From an uncultured Acidobacteriota bacterium (lineage in GTDB: Bacteria > Acidobacteriota > Thermoanaerobaculia > Multivoradales > UBA5704), in NCBI GenBank assembly GCA_963770895.1, contig CAVYRF010000001.1, positions 1,760,001 through 1,824,000 on the forward strand: 64,000 nt of DNA, read 5' to 3'. Position numbers and translations under genes: made by a program. Positions within the stretch are counted from its first letter, which is position 1; every line of letters begins with the position of its first letter. Below are positions 38,425 through 64,000 of the stretch, piece by piece. The notes below the pieces were generated by a model that saw only the letters and a list, made by a program, of their open reading frames with translations, was not told the DNA's origin and ran no database searches.

Positions 38425-38649
38425 ATGAACCGTACGCGATGTCTCCTGTTGGGCCTGGCGGTCGGGTTGATGATGCTGGCGGGCAGAGCGCAGGTCGAGG
38501 CCGTGCCGTGCGAAGAGTGCATCTGCCTCCAGAACTGCGAGGCCATCGAGACGCAATGCCTGGATCGCTGCGACGGCAACGGTACCTGCGAGACCAACTG
38601 CGAGCACGAATACGCCACCTGCTACGACGGCTGCCTGGGCATCCGCTGA
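38425..38649 (+). CDS. Small secreted Cys-rich protein (10 Cys in mature part)
   Basis: AAGGAG RBS; signal peptide ending AQVEA; repeated CxxxC units. Confidence 0.85.
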   Translation: MNRTRCLLLGLAVGLMMLAGRAQVEAVPCEECICLQNCEAIETQCLDRCDGNGTCETNCEHEYATCYDGCLGIR

Positions 38650-38747
38650 TCCAGCTCCCCTCCCTCGACCGCCGGCCCTGTCCGCGTTGCGGTAGGGCCG
38701 GCAGCACCGGCAAGCACCCCCTGTTTCCCGATTGATCTCCCGGTTCG

Positions 38748-40610
38748 CTAGGGCTGGGCGGTGAGCGCCGCGAGATCGTCGCTGAGCGGCGGCTCGGCGG
38801 CGAAGGCGGCGGCCAGGGGGGCGTCCTGGTGGTAGACGTCGGGGCGGGTCTCGATCGTGCCGTCGGGGTCGGCCCAGGCGGTCTGGTAGAGGATGTAGAT
38901 GGGGATGGGTTGGGGCAGGGCGACGGTGGTGGTGCGGCCGCTGCCGACGGCGGTTTCGATCGCGTCGGGAGACCACTGCGGATCGGTCCGCAGCAGGTAT
39001 GCGGCCAGGTCGGCGGGGTGTTCGAGGCGGACGCAGCCGTGGCTGAATGCGCGCTCGGAGCGGGCGAAGAGGGCGCGGCTGCCGGGAGTGTCGTGGAGGT
39101 AGATGTCGAAGGGGTTGGCGATGACGAACTTGTAGCGGCCCAGGGCGTTGGCGGTGCCGGGTGGCTGGCGCAGGCGGTAGGGTGAGCCGTTCCTGCCCAG
39201 CTGGCGAATGTCCTGGTCGCTCAGCGCATCGGCGTCGATCGGGTCGTCGTCGCCACGGCGGTGGATCTCGTAGCCTTTGCGCGCCAGGTAGTCGGGATCT
39301 CGCAGCAGCTGCGGCGCCACCTCGGCGGAGGCGATGGAGTCCGGGATCCTCCAGGGCGGGTTCAGCACGACGTGGGTGAGGGTTGCGGCCAGGACCGGTG
39401 TCTCATGGTGCGGCTTGCCGACGATGATTCTCATGGTGAGGGTGGGCACGCCGTTTTCCACCACCACCAGCTGGTAGGCGGGAATGTTGACCAGGATGTA
39501 GCGGCTGCCGGGATCGCGCGTCCAGCGCCAGCGCTCCAGATTGATCTCGATCTGGCGGATGCGGGCGGCGATGGGGGTGTTGAGCTCGGCGAGCGTGGCA
39601 TCGTCCACGCCCGCGGACTTCGGCTTCAGCCCGTGGGCGGCCTGGAAGCGGGCGACGGCTGCGGCCAGGGACGTGTCGAAGCGAGCGCCCGCGCCCGCCG
39701 CGCCCGCCGCGTCCGGCTCCCCGGAGGGCGGAGCGAGCTCGCCCGACGCGGCCAGGCGCGCGGCCAGCGCCGCGACGCGGGGCCCCTGGTCGCCGGGGCG
39801 CAGGGGCGGCCCGTCCGGGATCTCCGGCCAGCCGCCGCGCGCGGCGAGCGCGCGGTAGCGGGTCAGCGCCTGCCGCAAGCGCTCATAGTCCGGTGAGTGC
39901 GGCTCCGCGCCGGCCAGCGCCCCGGCGACGTCCTCGCCCGGTCCCAGCGCGCGCTCGAGCGCCGCGGCCAGATCGACGTTCGGGCGCTCCGCATACCAGC
40001 CCTCGCGCGTCCTTTCGGCGGTCGGCACGCAGCCGCTCGACAGGTGCGCCGCAACGGTCAGGAAGGTGAAACTGAGCGCCGCGTCCAGCGACGCCATGCC
40101 CGCCGCGCCGCGCATGCCGCCGGCGGGCGCACCGGCCGCCTGGACTTGGCGCCGCAGCGCCTGGGTGGGGTAGAGCTGCGGATCGAAGCCATCCTCCGGG
40201 AGGGTGTCCAGGACGGCGAGCAGACGGCCGGCGCCGGGCCGCAGGTTGCCGTCGGCGTCCCACCAGGCCAGCCGGTGATCGCGCCGGGCATAGAACGTCC
40301 GCAGCGCACTCCACGCCCGGCGCCGTTCCGCACCGTGGCCTGACGTCGCCGGCAGCGAAGCCGCCTGCAGCTCGGACCGCAGCAGCAGCGCCGCCGCTTG
40401 CAGCGGCGGTGCCGGTGAGCTCGCGGCCGCGGCCGCCGGCGCTCCCGAAACCGCCGGCAAGGGGGCCTGGTGCCCCGCCGCCGTCTCGCTGGCCGACAGC
40501 AGAACGAACACCAGGCAGAAGGCTTCGAGCAGCAACCACGCACCCGCACCTTGCGAGGCGCGACGCCCGACCTGCCATCGACTCCCAGTCCGACCCCGTT
40601 GACCCGCCAT
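38748..40610 (-). CDS. L,D-transpeptidase (YcbB/LdtD-like) with peptidoglycan-binding domain
   Basis: AVARFQAAHGL, NLERWRW, VNIPAY, IYLHDTP, FSHGCVRL (catalytic H/C). Confidence 0.93.
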   Translation of the reverse strand: MAGQRGRTGSRWQVGRRASQGAGAWLLLEAFCLVFVLLSASETAAGHQAPLPAVSGAPAAAAASSPAPPLQAAALLLRSELQAASLPATSGHGAERRRAWSALRTFYARRDHRLAWWDADGNLRPGAGRLLAVLDTLPEDGFDPQLYPTQALRRQVQAAGAPAGGMRGAAGMASLDAALSFTFLTVAAHLSSGCVPTAERTREGWYAERPNVDLAAALERALGPGEDVAGALAGAEPHSPDYERLRQALTRYRALAARGGWPEIPDGPPLRPGDQGPRVAALAARLAASGELAPPSGEPDAAGAAGAGARFDTSLAAAVARFQAAHGLKPKSAGVDDATLAELNTPIAARIRQIEINLERWRWTRDPGSRYILVNIPAYQLVVVENGVPTLTMRIIVGKPHHETPVLAATLTHVVLNPPWRIPDSIASAEVAPQLLRDPDYLARKGYEIHRRGDDDPIDADALSDQDIRQLGRNGSPYRLRQPPGTANALGRYKFVIANPFDIYLHDTPGSRALFARSERAFSHGCVRLEHPADLAAYLLRTDPQWSPDAIETAVGSGRTTTVALPQPIPIYILYQTAWADPDGTIETRPDVYHQDAPLAAAFAAEPPLSDDLAALTAQP

Positions 40611-40831
40611 GACGTCCCCCCCTTCGCCGCGGCCGGCTGCATGCCCGCCGTGGGCACGATCCACCTATGCAACGATCGCGCACACCCCGCGGGCGGCCGG
40701 CGCTTCCCGAGGCGCCGGGCTCCGTCTCTCAACGAGCACTTGACTTCTGCGCCGATCGATGCCAAAATCGCAACATCGCGTGATTAATTTGCATTCGACG
40801 ATAGGTATAACTATCGTGGGGGGCGCATTCC

Positions 40832-41728
40832 ATGACGCACCGGTCGCTCGTTTCCTGCATTTCGGCCTTCCTGCTGTGGTGCGTACTTGCAGCCACGGCG
40901 AGTCTGGCTGCTACCAATGCGCCCGCTCCAGCGCCGGCGCCAGCGCCGCACGCGGCGGCGGCACCCGCGACGGCGCATCCGGCGGCACCCGCGACGGCGG
41001 GAGGGCGCGGCGGCGCGGCGGCGGCGCCTCTGGGCAGGGGCGGAGTCCCCTCGGGCGGTGCGGCGCGCGGCCTGGTGAGCCCGAAGATGGGCAGTGCGCT
41101 GAGCGGCCGGTCGGCCGGGGTCTCCACGTCGGCGGCGGCGCGGGCCGGGTCCCGGCAGGGGTTCAGCACCAACCCCAATCTGTTCAACTGCATCGACAAC
41201 GCGGGCAACCAATACCAGTCCCCCAGCCCCTGCCCCTTCGGCGACGGCGCGGCGGGCGCACCGGGCAGCATCGGCGGCGATACCTACAACTTCAACCTGT
41301 TCGTCTTCATGGTGCCGGGGGCTCAGCGCCAGCAGGTGGCCGCGGAGCCGGGAGGCCTCGGCGGTTTTGCCGAAGCCACCGCCGCGGGCCGCGGCGCCGG
41401 CGTCAAGGCAAGCAACGCCGGCGGCATCGCACCGGGCACCGGCGTCCGTCTGGTGGACCCCTTCCTGGAGCGCGCCGGACTGCCGATCGCCACTCAGGCC
41501 CAGGGCTACCCGGTGGTTACCAACATCTCCCAGAGCCCCTCGCAATATGCCATCGTGCTGCGCTCCGGCCTGGCCCTGGCGACTCAGGAGCCGCCCACCC
41601 GGTCGGGCAACCTGATCGTCGGCCACGACCGCACCGGCCACCTCTTCTCGGTCCGCTCCACCGAAGTCGACCTGGCCGCCTCGCAGATCCCGGCACCACC
41701 CGCGGCGGCGCCCAAGCAGAAGCCGTAA
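40832..41728 (+). CDS. Secreted hypothetical protein with Ala/Pro-rich linker
   Basis: Signal peptide, low-complexity linker, globular C-terminal part; AT-rich upstream region. Confidence 0.7.
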   Translation: MTHRSLVSCISAFLLWCVLAATASLAATNAPAPAPAPAPHAAAAPATAHPAAPATAGGRGGAAAAPLGRGGVPSGGAARGLVSPKMGSALSGRSAGVSTSAAARAGSRQGFSTNPNLFNCIDNAGNQYQSPSPCPFGDGAAGAPGSIGGDTYNFNLFVFMVPGAQRQQVAAEPGGLGGFAEATAAGRGAGVKASNAGGIAPGTGVRLVDPFLERAGLPIATQAQGYPVVTNISQSPSQYAIVLRSGLALATQEPPTRSGNLIVGHDRTGHLFSVRSTEVDLAASQIPAPPAAAPKQKP

Positions 41729-42350
41729 ACCGGCGCCGGCCCAGGCGCCAGCTTTCCTCGCCCTCACCTGGGCGGGCGGCCGCATTTCCTGGTACCGTTC
41801 GGGCTTCACTGCGGCCCTCGCCAGGAGGTAACACCATGTCGGAGGACGCGGACCAGATCGCCAGCCCGACGTCCTGGAAGACCGCACCCATCCCTGCCCA
41901 GGTCGCGACCCAGCCCTTCGCGGGGGGCCCGACCAGAGCGCCTGCACCCCCAACCACACCGTACCTGGGCAGTGAGGCGGCGTCCAGCCGACCGCTTTGA
42001 TTGGTGCCTGAGGCGGGGCTCCCATTGCGGAATGTTGTACCTGTTGAGCCGGCGCCAGGGGGGCCATGGACAGTGCCTCAATGGCAACTACATCCTGACC
42101 AGCATGGCGCTGCGACGCACCACTGTGACGGCCCGCGACGACGACACCCCCGGGGAGTGGACCACGAAGGCACAGGGTCTCACCTGGCCGTGCAGCAATA
42201 GTTGCACCAGCCTGGCCAAATCCTCCAAGAGCGACGGCCGCGCCCCATCCACCAGCTCTGAATGCTGGAATGCATCCGAAGGCGGTGGGCCATCACTGAG
42301 AGTGGTGTCGAGCCAGCCACGGATCGGGGCCCACCGCCGAGCGCAACCCC

Positions 42351-44771
42351 CTATTGGAAGTAGCCGCTGACGTCCAGGATGAGCTCTACAGACGAGCTGC
42401 CGCTGTTGAGTACCGTGATCCCTCCAGCTCCGTCACCGGACAGGCTGATCACGGCGTTGTTCGCCCTCACCACCCCGGTCCGGTAGTTGATTGTAGAAGT
42501 AGCCGGCAGTCCGCGGTCGCTGGCTCCGATGGTCAGGTAGCCGTCGGCCGTGGCGCCGACGACCGTCACGTTGACGGAGACCGCCTGTGCAGTGGCCGGT
42601 ATGCCGCAGATTCCGGTCGTGGCAAAGACTCGGTCAGCGCTCGCTTGCAGCGCCGGACCGGCGAGGACCCCTGGGGCATTGCGCGTATCGACGACCCGGC
42701 ATGGCGCCAAGGTGTAGAACTTCAAGCCGGGCGGCGCGGGCAGATAGTCCCAGATGCCCTTGCCGTAGGTCCCGAACCGCACTGCGCCGAGCGCCGGTAC
42801 GCCTTCGACCGACCAGTAGTCCTGGAGTGGAGCATTGCCGGAGACGATACTTTTCCAGGTCGCTGTCGCCGCATCGAAGACGAACGCACCGGCATCGGCG
42901 GCGGCGTAGAGATTCAATCGGACGGGATCGTCGAATGCGAGCCCCAGCACGAGTGTGCTGGGGAGGCCGTCGCCCATCGCCTGCCAGGTAACGCCGCCAT
43001 CCGTGGTCGTGTAGACGGCCGGTCCGCTGTATCCGCTCCCGCCGACGTAGCAGGTGGTGGCGACGATTGGCGAGCAGACGATCGTCGTGCCATAGAGATA
43101 TTGGAATGCGGGGCCTGTGGATGCCGACAGCGTCCACGTCGCGCCCTGGTTGTGGGAGTACCAGAGGTAGCCTTGGGCTGACGCCGCGTACCAGAAGCTG
43201 GGATTGACATGGGAGATGGCGAGCGCGGTCACATAGTCGTGGTTGGAGCCGCGGGAGAAGTCCTGCGGCATGGCGGTCCAGTGCCAACCGCCAGCGTCGA
43301 GATTGGCGCGAAGCAGGGGGTTGCCGGTCAGATAAACGACGTCCGCATTGGTGGGATCGGCGAGGATGAAGGGCAGCCACGGGCGGTTCGTGGCGGCGGG
43401 ATAGGCTGGGAGCTCCGTGACGCTGTGCGGCGGGGACTCACGGTCGAGAACCACCACGTACGAATCGCCGCCAGCCGCGGCGTAGAGCATGTTGTGGTCG
43501 CCGGCAGACGAGGTCAGATGGCCATAGTCGCCGCCGTCCAGGATGTTGAAGGTCATCGCGGCGCGCGGCGCCGATTGCGACTGCTGGAAGCCTTGATCCT
43601 GTGAGCCCCCAGCGATCAAGTCCGGATCGTTCTTGCTGGTCAACGTGCTGTAGTACTCGCCGTTGATGATGCCCGACAGGGTTATATTGTCGAAAGTCGC
43701 TCCCAGATCGGTGGACATGTAGGTCCCGCCGTCGGTGTCGGTGAAGAAGGTCTCGGTGCCCCGGTAGCCGATACAGTCGATCCCGCGCACGTCCGCGTGC
43801 AGCAGGTGCGCCGGGTCATTGCCATAGTCCTGCCAGTCGGTCACCGCTTGGAAGGTCGCACCGCTGTCGGTCGAGCGGTAGGCGTCGATGCCGCCCAGCA
43901 TCACCAGGTTCGGAGTGGAGATCGAGGCGGTGACGACCCCCAGCGCCATGTACGGGTCATTGACGGTGCCGCGGTTGATCCAGGTCCGCCCGCCGTCAGC
44001 GGACGCGAACAGCACGGCTGTGTTCTGGCTGGAGTTGCCGGCGAGGACGTAGAAAGACGGCGCTCCGGCTTCGGAGCCCGCGATACGAAGGCTGTCGCCG
44101 GTCGCGCCCGGCAGGGTGCCGACGAGGGAGAAGGACGCACCGTGATCCGCGGAGGAGTGGAGGCCTGCATCGGTCAACAGATAGAGGGGGCCGGCGGCGA
44201 CCCGGCTCAGCCAGATGTCGGGAGCCGCTGCGGAGCTGCCGCTTACCAGTGCGGTGAAGTCGAGCCCGCCATCTTCGGAACGCAGCAGCGTATAGGTGAG
44301 AGAGGACCCGCTGTTCGGAACGGTGCTGAGGAGGTAGACCGTGCGCGAGGTCCCAGGTTCGCGCAGGAGGCGGGTGATGTGAAAACCGCTTGGCGGGATC
44401 TGCGGCGGACCGGTCGGCCTCGTCCAGGACACTCCTTGGTTCGTCGAAACGAACACCTCCGAGTTGGAGCTCAGGTTCTCGACCGAGTTTCCGCCCACGA
44501 CGACAATCCAGGACTCGGGTGTGCCTGGCACGACGACCAGCTGCTGCACTCCCGCGCCGACTTGGGCCGCACGCTGAGCCCAACCTGCGGACTCGGGCGT
44601 TCCCGAAAACAGGCCGCCGCCCTGATCGCCGCTGCCCAAAAGCAAGGTGTCGCCGTCTCCGGTCACCGCGGTCACGAACGTCCGTCCTGTCTGGTTGGTC
44701 GGTCCCCGCTGCTGCCAAACGCCCCCCGGCGGGGACCCGGCAGCGAGAGCGATAGGATGGCCTGTGTCGCC
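42351..44771 (-). CDS. BNR/Asp-box beta-propeller protein with Acidobacteria-type C-terminal domain; 5' end unclear or truncated
   Basis: Repeated S-x-D-G-G-x-T-W/F boxes; WQQRGPTNQTGR; HADVR, DGG, GTYGKGIW; C-terminal PCRVVDTR...CGIP...RANNA...DVSGYF; 5' coordinate approximate. Confidence 0.75.
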   Translation of the reverse strand, partial: GDTGHPIALAAGSPPGGVWQQRGPTNQTGRTFVTAVTGDGDTLLLGSGDQGGGLFSGTPESAGWAQRAAQVGAGVQQLVVVPGTPESWIVVVGGNSVENLSSNSEVFVSTNQGVSWTRPTGPPQIPPSGFHITRLLREPGTSRTVYLLSTVPNSGSSLTYTLLRSEDGGLDFTALVSGSSAAAPDIWLSRVAAGPLYLLTDAGLHSSADHGASFSLVGTLPGATGDSLRIAGSEAGAPSFYVLAGNSSQNTAVLFASADGGRTWINRGTVNDPYMALGVVTASISTPNLVMLGGIDAYRSTDSGATFQAVTDWQDYGNDPAHLLHADVRGIDCIGYRGTETFFTDTDGGTYMSTDLGATFDNITLSGIINGEYYSTLTSKNDPDLIAGGSQDQGFQQSQSAPRAAMTFNILDGGDYGHLTSSAGDHNMLYAAAGGDSYVVVLDRESPPHSVTELPAYPAATNRPWLPFILADPTNADVVYLTGNPLLRANLDAGGWHWTAMPQDFSRGSNHDYVTALAISHVNPSFWYAASAQGYLWYSHNQGATWTLSASTGPAFQYLYGTTIVCSPIVATTCYVGGSGYSGPAVYTTTDGGVTWQAMGDGLPSTLVLGLAFDDPVRLNLYAAADAGAFVFDAATATWKSIVSGNAPLQDYWSVEGVPALGAVRFGTYGKGIWDYLPAPPGLKFYTLAPCRVVDTRNAPGVLAGPALQASADRVFATTGICGIPATAQAVSVNVTVVGATADGYLTIGASDRGLPATSTINYRTGVVRANNAVISLSGDGAGGITVLNSGSSSVELILDVSGYFQ

Positions 44772-44900
44772 ATGATGGCGCCGCCACGCCTTGAGCCGCG
44801 GCCGCCTGCTGAAATCGAACGGGTAGCATCTTCCTTCCTTGCGGCCCGAGCGCAGGCCACCATGCGAGGATTCCCTTTGCTCTTTCGACAGGAGGTTCCG

Positions 44901-45446
44901 ATGTCCGAATTTAGCAATCCCGTGGGCGAGAGCGGTTCTGCCGCGGACGCCTATGTGGCGGCCCTTCTTGCGCTGGTCGGAGACCGAGATCCCCTGGAGG
45001 TACAGGAGGAGCTGCCGCAGGTCCTGCACCAGCTCACGGCCGGCCTTGACGACGCCGCGCTCCGCCAGCCCGAGAAACCCGGCAAATGGTCGGTGATGGC
45101 GGTGGTGCAGCACCTGGCGGACAGCGAGCTGGTCAGCGGCTACCGCATCCGCATGATCCTCTCCGAGCCGGCACCCAGGATCCAAGCCTACGATCAGGAT
45201 CTGTGGGCGCGCGAGCTTCGCTATGACCGTGCCGGCCTGCCAGAGGCCCTTGAGGTCATCCGCGTCCTGAGGGGCGCCAACCTCCGCCTGCTACGGGCGC
45301 AAGACGATGCCCGCCTCGACCGCTTCGGACTGCACGCCGAGCGCGGCCAGGAGACCCTGCGCCGCCTGGTGCGCATGATCGCCGGCCACGACCTTGCCCA
45401 CCGCCGCCAGATCCAGCGCATCCGCGACGCCATCGGTGCTGCCTGA
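44901..45446 (+). CDS. DinB-family protein
   Basis: AGGAGG RBS; GKWSVMAVVQHLADSE, IQAYDQDLWA, GHDLAHRRQI. Confidence 0.9.
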   Translation: MSEFSNPVGESGSAADAYVAALLALVGDRDPLEVQEELPQVLHQLTAGLDDAALRQPEKPGKWSVMAVVQHLADSELVSGYRIRMILSEPAPRIQAYDQDLWARELRYDRAGLPEALEVIRVLRGANLRLLRAQDDARLDRFGLHAERGQETLRRLVRMIAGHDLAHRRQIQRIRDAIGAA

Positions 45447-45538
45447 GGTCACGGTGACCGCGCGCCCCGCGCGCCGCCCGCGGCTGCCGTGAGGCGTGGG
45501 GGCAGGCTACACTGTGGCCGGCTTGGCACGGAGGAGCG

Positions 45539-46522
45539 ATGATCGACCTGGGAGCGGATATTGCGCGGTATGGGGTGGGGTTCGTGTTCCTGAACGTCTT
45601 CGCCACGCAGGCGGGCCTGCCGCTGCCGGCCGTACCGGCGATGATGGTGGCCGGCGGGCTGGCCGCCGAGGGCAAGCTGTCACCCTGGAGCGTGCTGGGG
45701 GCGGCGATCGGCGCGGCCGTCCTTGCCGATTCGCTGTGGTTCAACCTTGGGCGCTGGCGCGGGCGGCGGGTGCTGAAGGTGGTCTGCAAGGTCGCCGTGT
45801 CGCCCGACTCCTGCGTGCAGCGGATGGAGTCGCTGTACCAGCGCTTCGGCTTGCGCTCGCTGCTGTTCTGCAAGTTCGTGCCCGGCTTTGCGACCGTGGC
45901 GCCGAGCCTGGGCGGGGCGCTCAAGGCGCCGCGCTGGCGCTTCCAGCTCTACGATGCGGCGGGCTGCGCCCTGTGGGCGGTGAGCATCATCGGCACCGGC
46001 GCACTCTTCCACTCGGCGCTCGACAAGGCGCTGGCGGTGCTCGAGCGGATGGGTGCGCTCGCCCTGCTGCTGACGGCTGCCGCCGCGGCCGCGTACGTGG
46101 TGTGGCGGTTCGTCCTGCGGCGGCGTTTCATCCGCGACCTGCGGATGGCGCGCATCTCGGTGGAGGATCTGACCGCCGCGCTCGCCGGCTCCACGCCGCC
46201 GCTGATCGTCGACGTGCGCACCCGCGGCGCCGTGTGGCTCGACTCGCGCCGCATACCGGGAGCCTTGCGGATGTCCTTCGATGAGGTCGAGGAGCGTCTG
46301 GCCGAGCTGCCGCGCGGCCGCGACCTGATCCTCTACTGTACCTGACCGAGCGAAGCCTCGTCGGCCCGTGTGGCCTTCAAGCTAAAGCAGTTGGGTTTCA
46401 CCCGCATCCGCCCGCTGTTCGGCGGTCTGGAAGCCTGGATCGACGCCGGCATGCCGGTCGACGCCGACGAAGCCGCGGGCACCGCCGCCTGGAATGGCGA
46501 GCCTGCCGCCGACGGCCGTTGA
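45539..46522 (+). CDS. DedA/VTT-rhodanese fusion, probable selenoprotein (in-frame UGA at 46343-46345)
   Basis: DedA motifs (GLPLPA, KFVPG); rhodanese LYCT-[UGA]-PSEASSARVA...IRPLFGGLEAW continues in frame for 58 codons to TGA 46520-46522. Confidence 0.82.
46346..46378 (+). promoter_or_regulatory. Candidate bacterial SECIS hairpin
   Basis: GGCC-CGTGT-GGCC stem-loop with G at loop position 2, loop starting 21 nt after the UGA; extendable by GAA/TTC pairing. Confidence 0.45.
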
Positions 46523-46548
46523 CGGCATCGGAGACGCCGCGCGGTTGC

Positions 46549-47358
46549 TCAGGGCCGCGTCGCCACGAAGAGCGTCCCCCAGTCCCGAATTGCGATGCCC
46601 TCGGGGCCCTTCCGCGCCTCGAACGCGGCGGCCAGGTCGAGGCGCAGGGCCTCGCGCAGCTCCTCGGGGACGGCTTTGGAGTGGTTGCCGAAGGCGCTCG
46701 ACTCGATGAACGCGACCACGTCCGCTCCCGTAGCGTGATGCCGGGAGCGCGCCGCGACGTGCAGCTCGGCGAGCACGAGGCCGCTTTCGACCACCATCGA
46801 GATCACGCGCGTGGTGGTGTAGTCCCGGCTCAGGGCGCCGAGGCCCGACCGGTCCACCCGCTCCGCGTAGGGCGGCCGTGCGAGCACGGAGCCGAGGACC
46901 GCGGGCACGGTCCCCGCGCCGCTCAGCTCGCCCGGAATCGTGGTCACCCCCAGGCGACCGCCGGGGCGCAGGACGCGGCGGATCTCGGCGAGCGCCCGCG
47001 GTTTGTCGGAGACCCAGTGAAAGACCGCCGACATGCTCACGGCGTCGAAGCTCTCGGCGGCGAAGGCGCCCAGGTCCTCGGCCTGACCCACCGCAAAGCT
47101 GATGCCGCCGGCACGGGCGTTCGCAATGGCGATGCGCTCGGCGACCGGGTCGATGCCGACGACGCTGCCCGTGGGACTCACGCGCTCGGCGATCCAGTGA
47201 GCGAGCCGGCCCGTGCCGCAGCCCACGTCGAGGACGCGATCGCCCGCCTTGAGGTTCAGGTGCTCGACGAGGCGCTTGCCGTTTTCGAACTGAAAGTCGC
47301 TGATGCGGTCGTAGGTTTCGGCGAGGTGCGAGGTGTCGTCTGTGAAAGAGGTTGTCAT
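46549..47358 (-). CDS. Class I SAM-dependent methyltransferase
   Basis: VLDVGCGTG, SFDAV, FHWV, RVLRPGG; GGAG RBS before ATG 47358. Confidence 0.92.
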   Translation of the reverse strand: MTTSFTDDTSHLAETYDRISDFQFENGKRLVEHLNLKAGDRVLDVGCGTGRLAHWIAERVSPTGSVVGIDPVAERIAIANARAGGISFAVGQAEDLGAFAAESFDAVSMSAVFHWVSDKPRALAEIRRVLRPGGRLGVTTIPGELSGAGTVPAVLGSVLARPPYAERVDRSGLGALSRDYTTTRVISMVVESGLVLAELHVAARSRHHATGADVVAFIESSAFGNHSKAVPEELREALRLDLAAAFEARKGPEGIAIRDWGTLFVATRP

Positions 47359-47675
47359 CGGTAGCTCCAGGCCGAAGTGTACCCTCCCGGCACCCTGCGT
47401 CGCAATCCTGAGGCTTTTCCTGCCACCTGACAATCACCGCATGGTCGGTGCATTGCAAGCAAGGTCGCATCGATTGCCAAAAATGACGGTTGTCGCCAAA
47501 GAAGCGCCGCGTTTCGATCTATTCGTATTGGTACATTTACACTTGCATCCGGTAGCGCGAAGGTTCCAACTCCGTGATCGACAAGGCACCCCCGGCAGAC
47601 AGCAGCTCCGCACCGCCGGCCCATCCGGCAGCCGGCGCCGCCGGTTCCAGGCGGGTTGCCGGGGAGGACCGGGAG

Positions 47676-64000
<16,325 letters not shown>

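Noticed and set aside
44772-45185. N-terminal extension of the beta-propeller ORF
   Set aside because: Runs antisense into the DinB gene
46343-46345. Treating this TGA as the true stop of the DedA gene
   Set aside because: It cuts the rhodanese domain at its active site while the conserved remainder continues in frame

Overview
High-GC bacterial DNA. An ADOP-type duplicated permease and Acidobacteria-style TonB-receptor and C-terminal-domain motifs suggest Acidobacteriota (inference). The left half (about 1.9-33.5 kb) is a large RiPP island with three double-glycine-leader precursors. The ORF track does not resolve two of them: 5054-5197 (core AASSDEETNINNNGGC) and 9471-9584 (core DAKPDDNNNIINNPN). 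The third is a Nif11-type precursor at 33274-33516 (core WSSTDPPPSGS). Around them are two paralogous B12-type radical SAM enzymes, a SPASM radical SAM, an atypical LanD/HFCD flavoprotein, a cupin, a carbamoyltransferase plus an internally deleted copy of it, an SGNH-like protein, a HExxH protein, a complete NHLP type I export system with a C39 peptidase, and a cNMP-binding protein/class III cyclase pair. No lanthipeptide dehydratase or YcaO was recognised. The best candidate for a new system is this Asn-rich RiPP family, where a C-terminal NxxC thioether and Cys decarboxylation are plausible. The middle holds secreted proteins, an L,D-transpeptidase, a DinB protein and a DedA-rhodanese gene with an in-frame UGA at a Cys position (probable selenoprotein). 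The right quarter (47676 to beyond 64000) is the start of one long NRPS: T-(C-A-T)x4-C-A. No rRNA, tRNA, CRISPR array or transposase was recognised.
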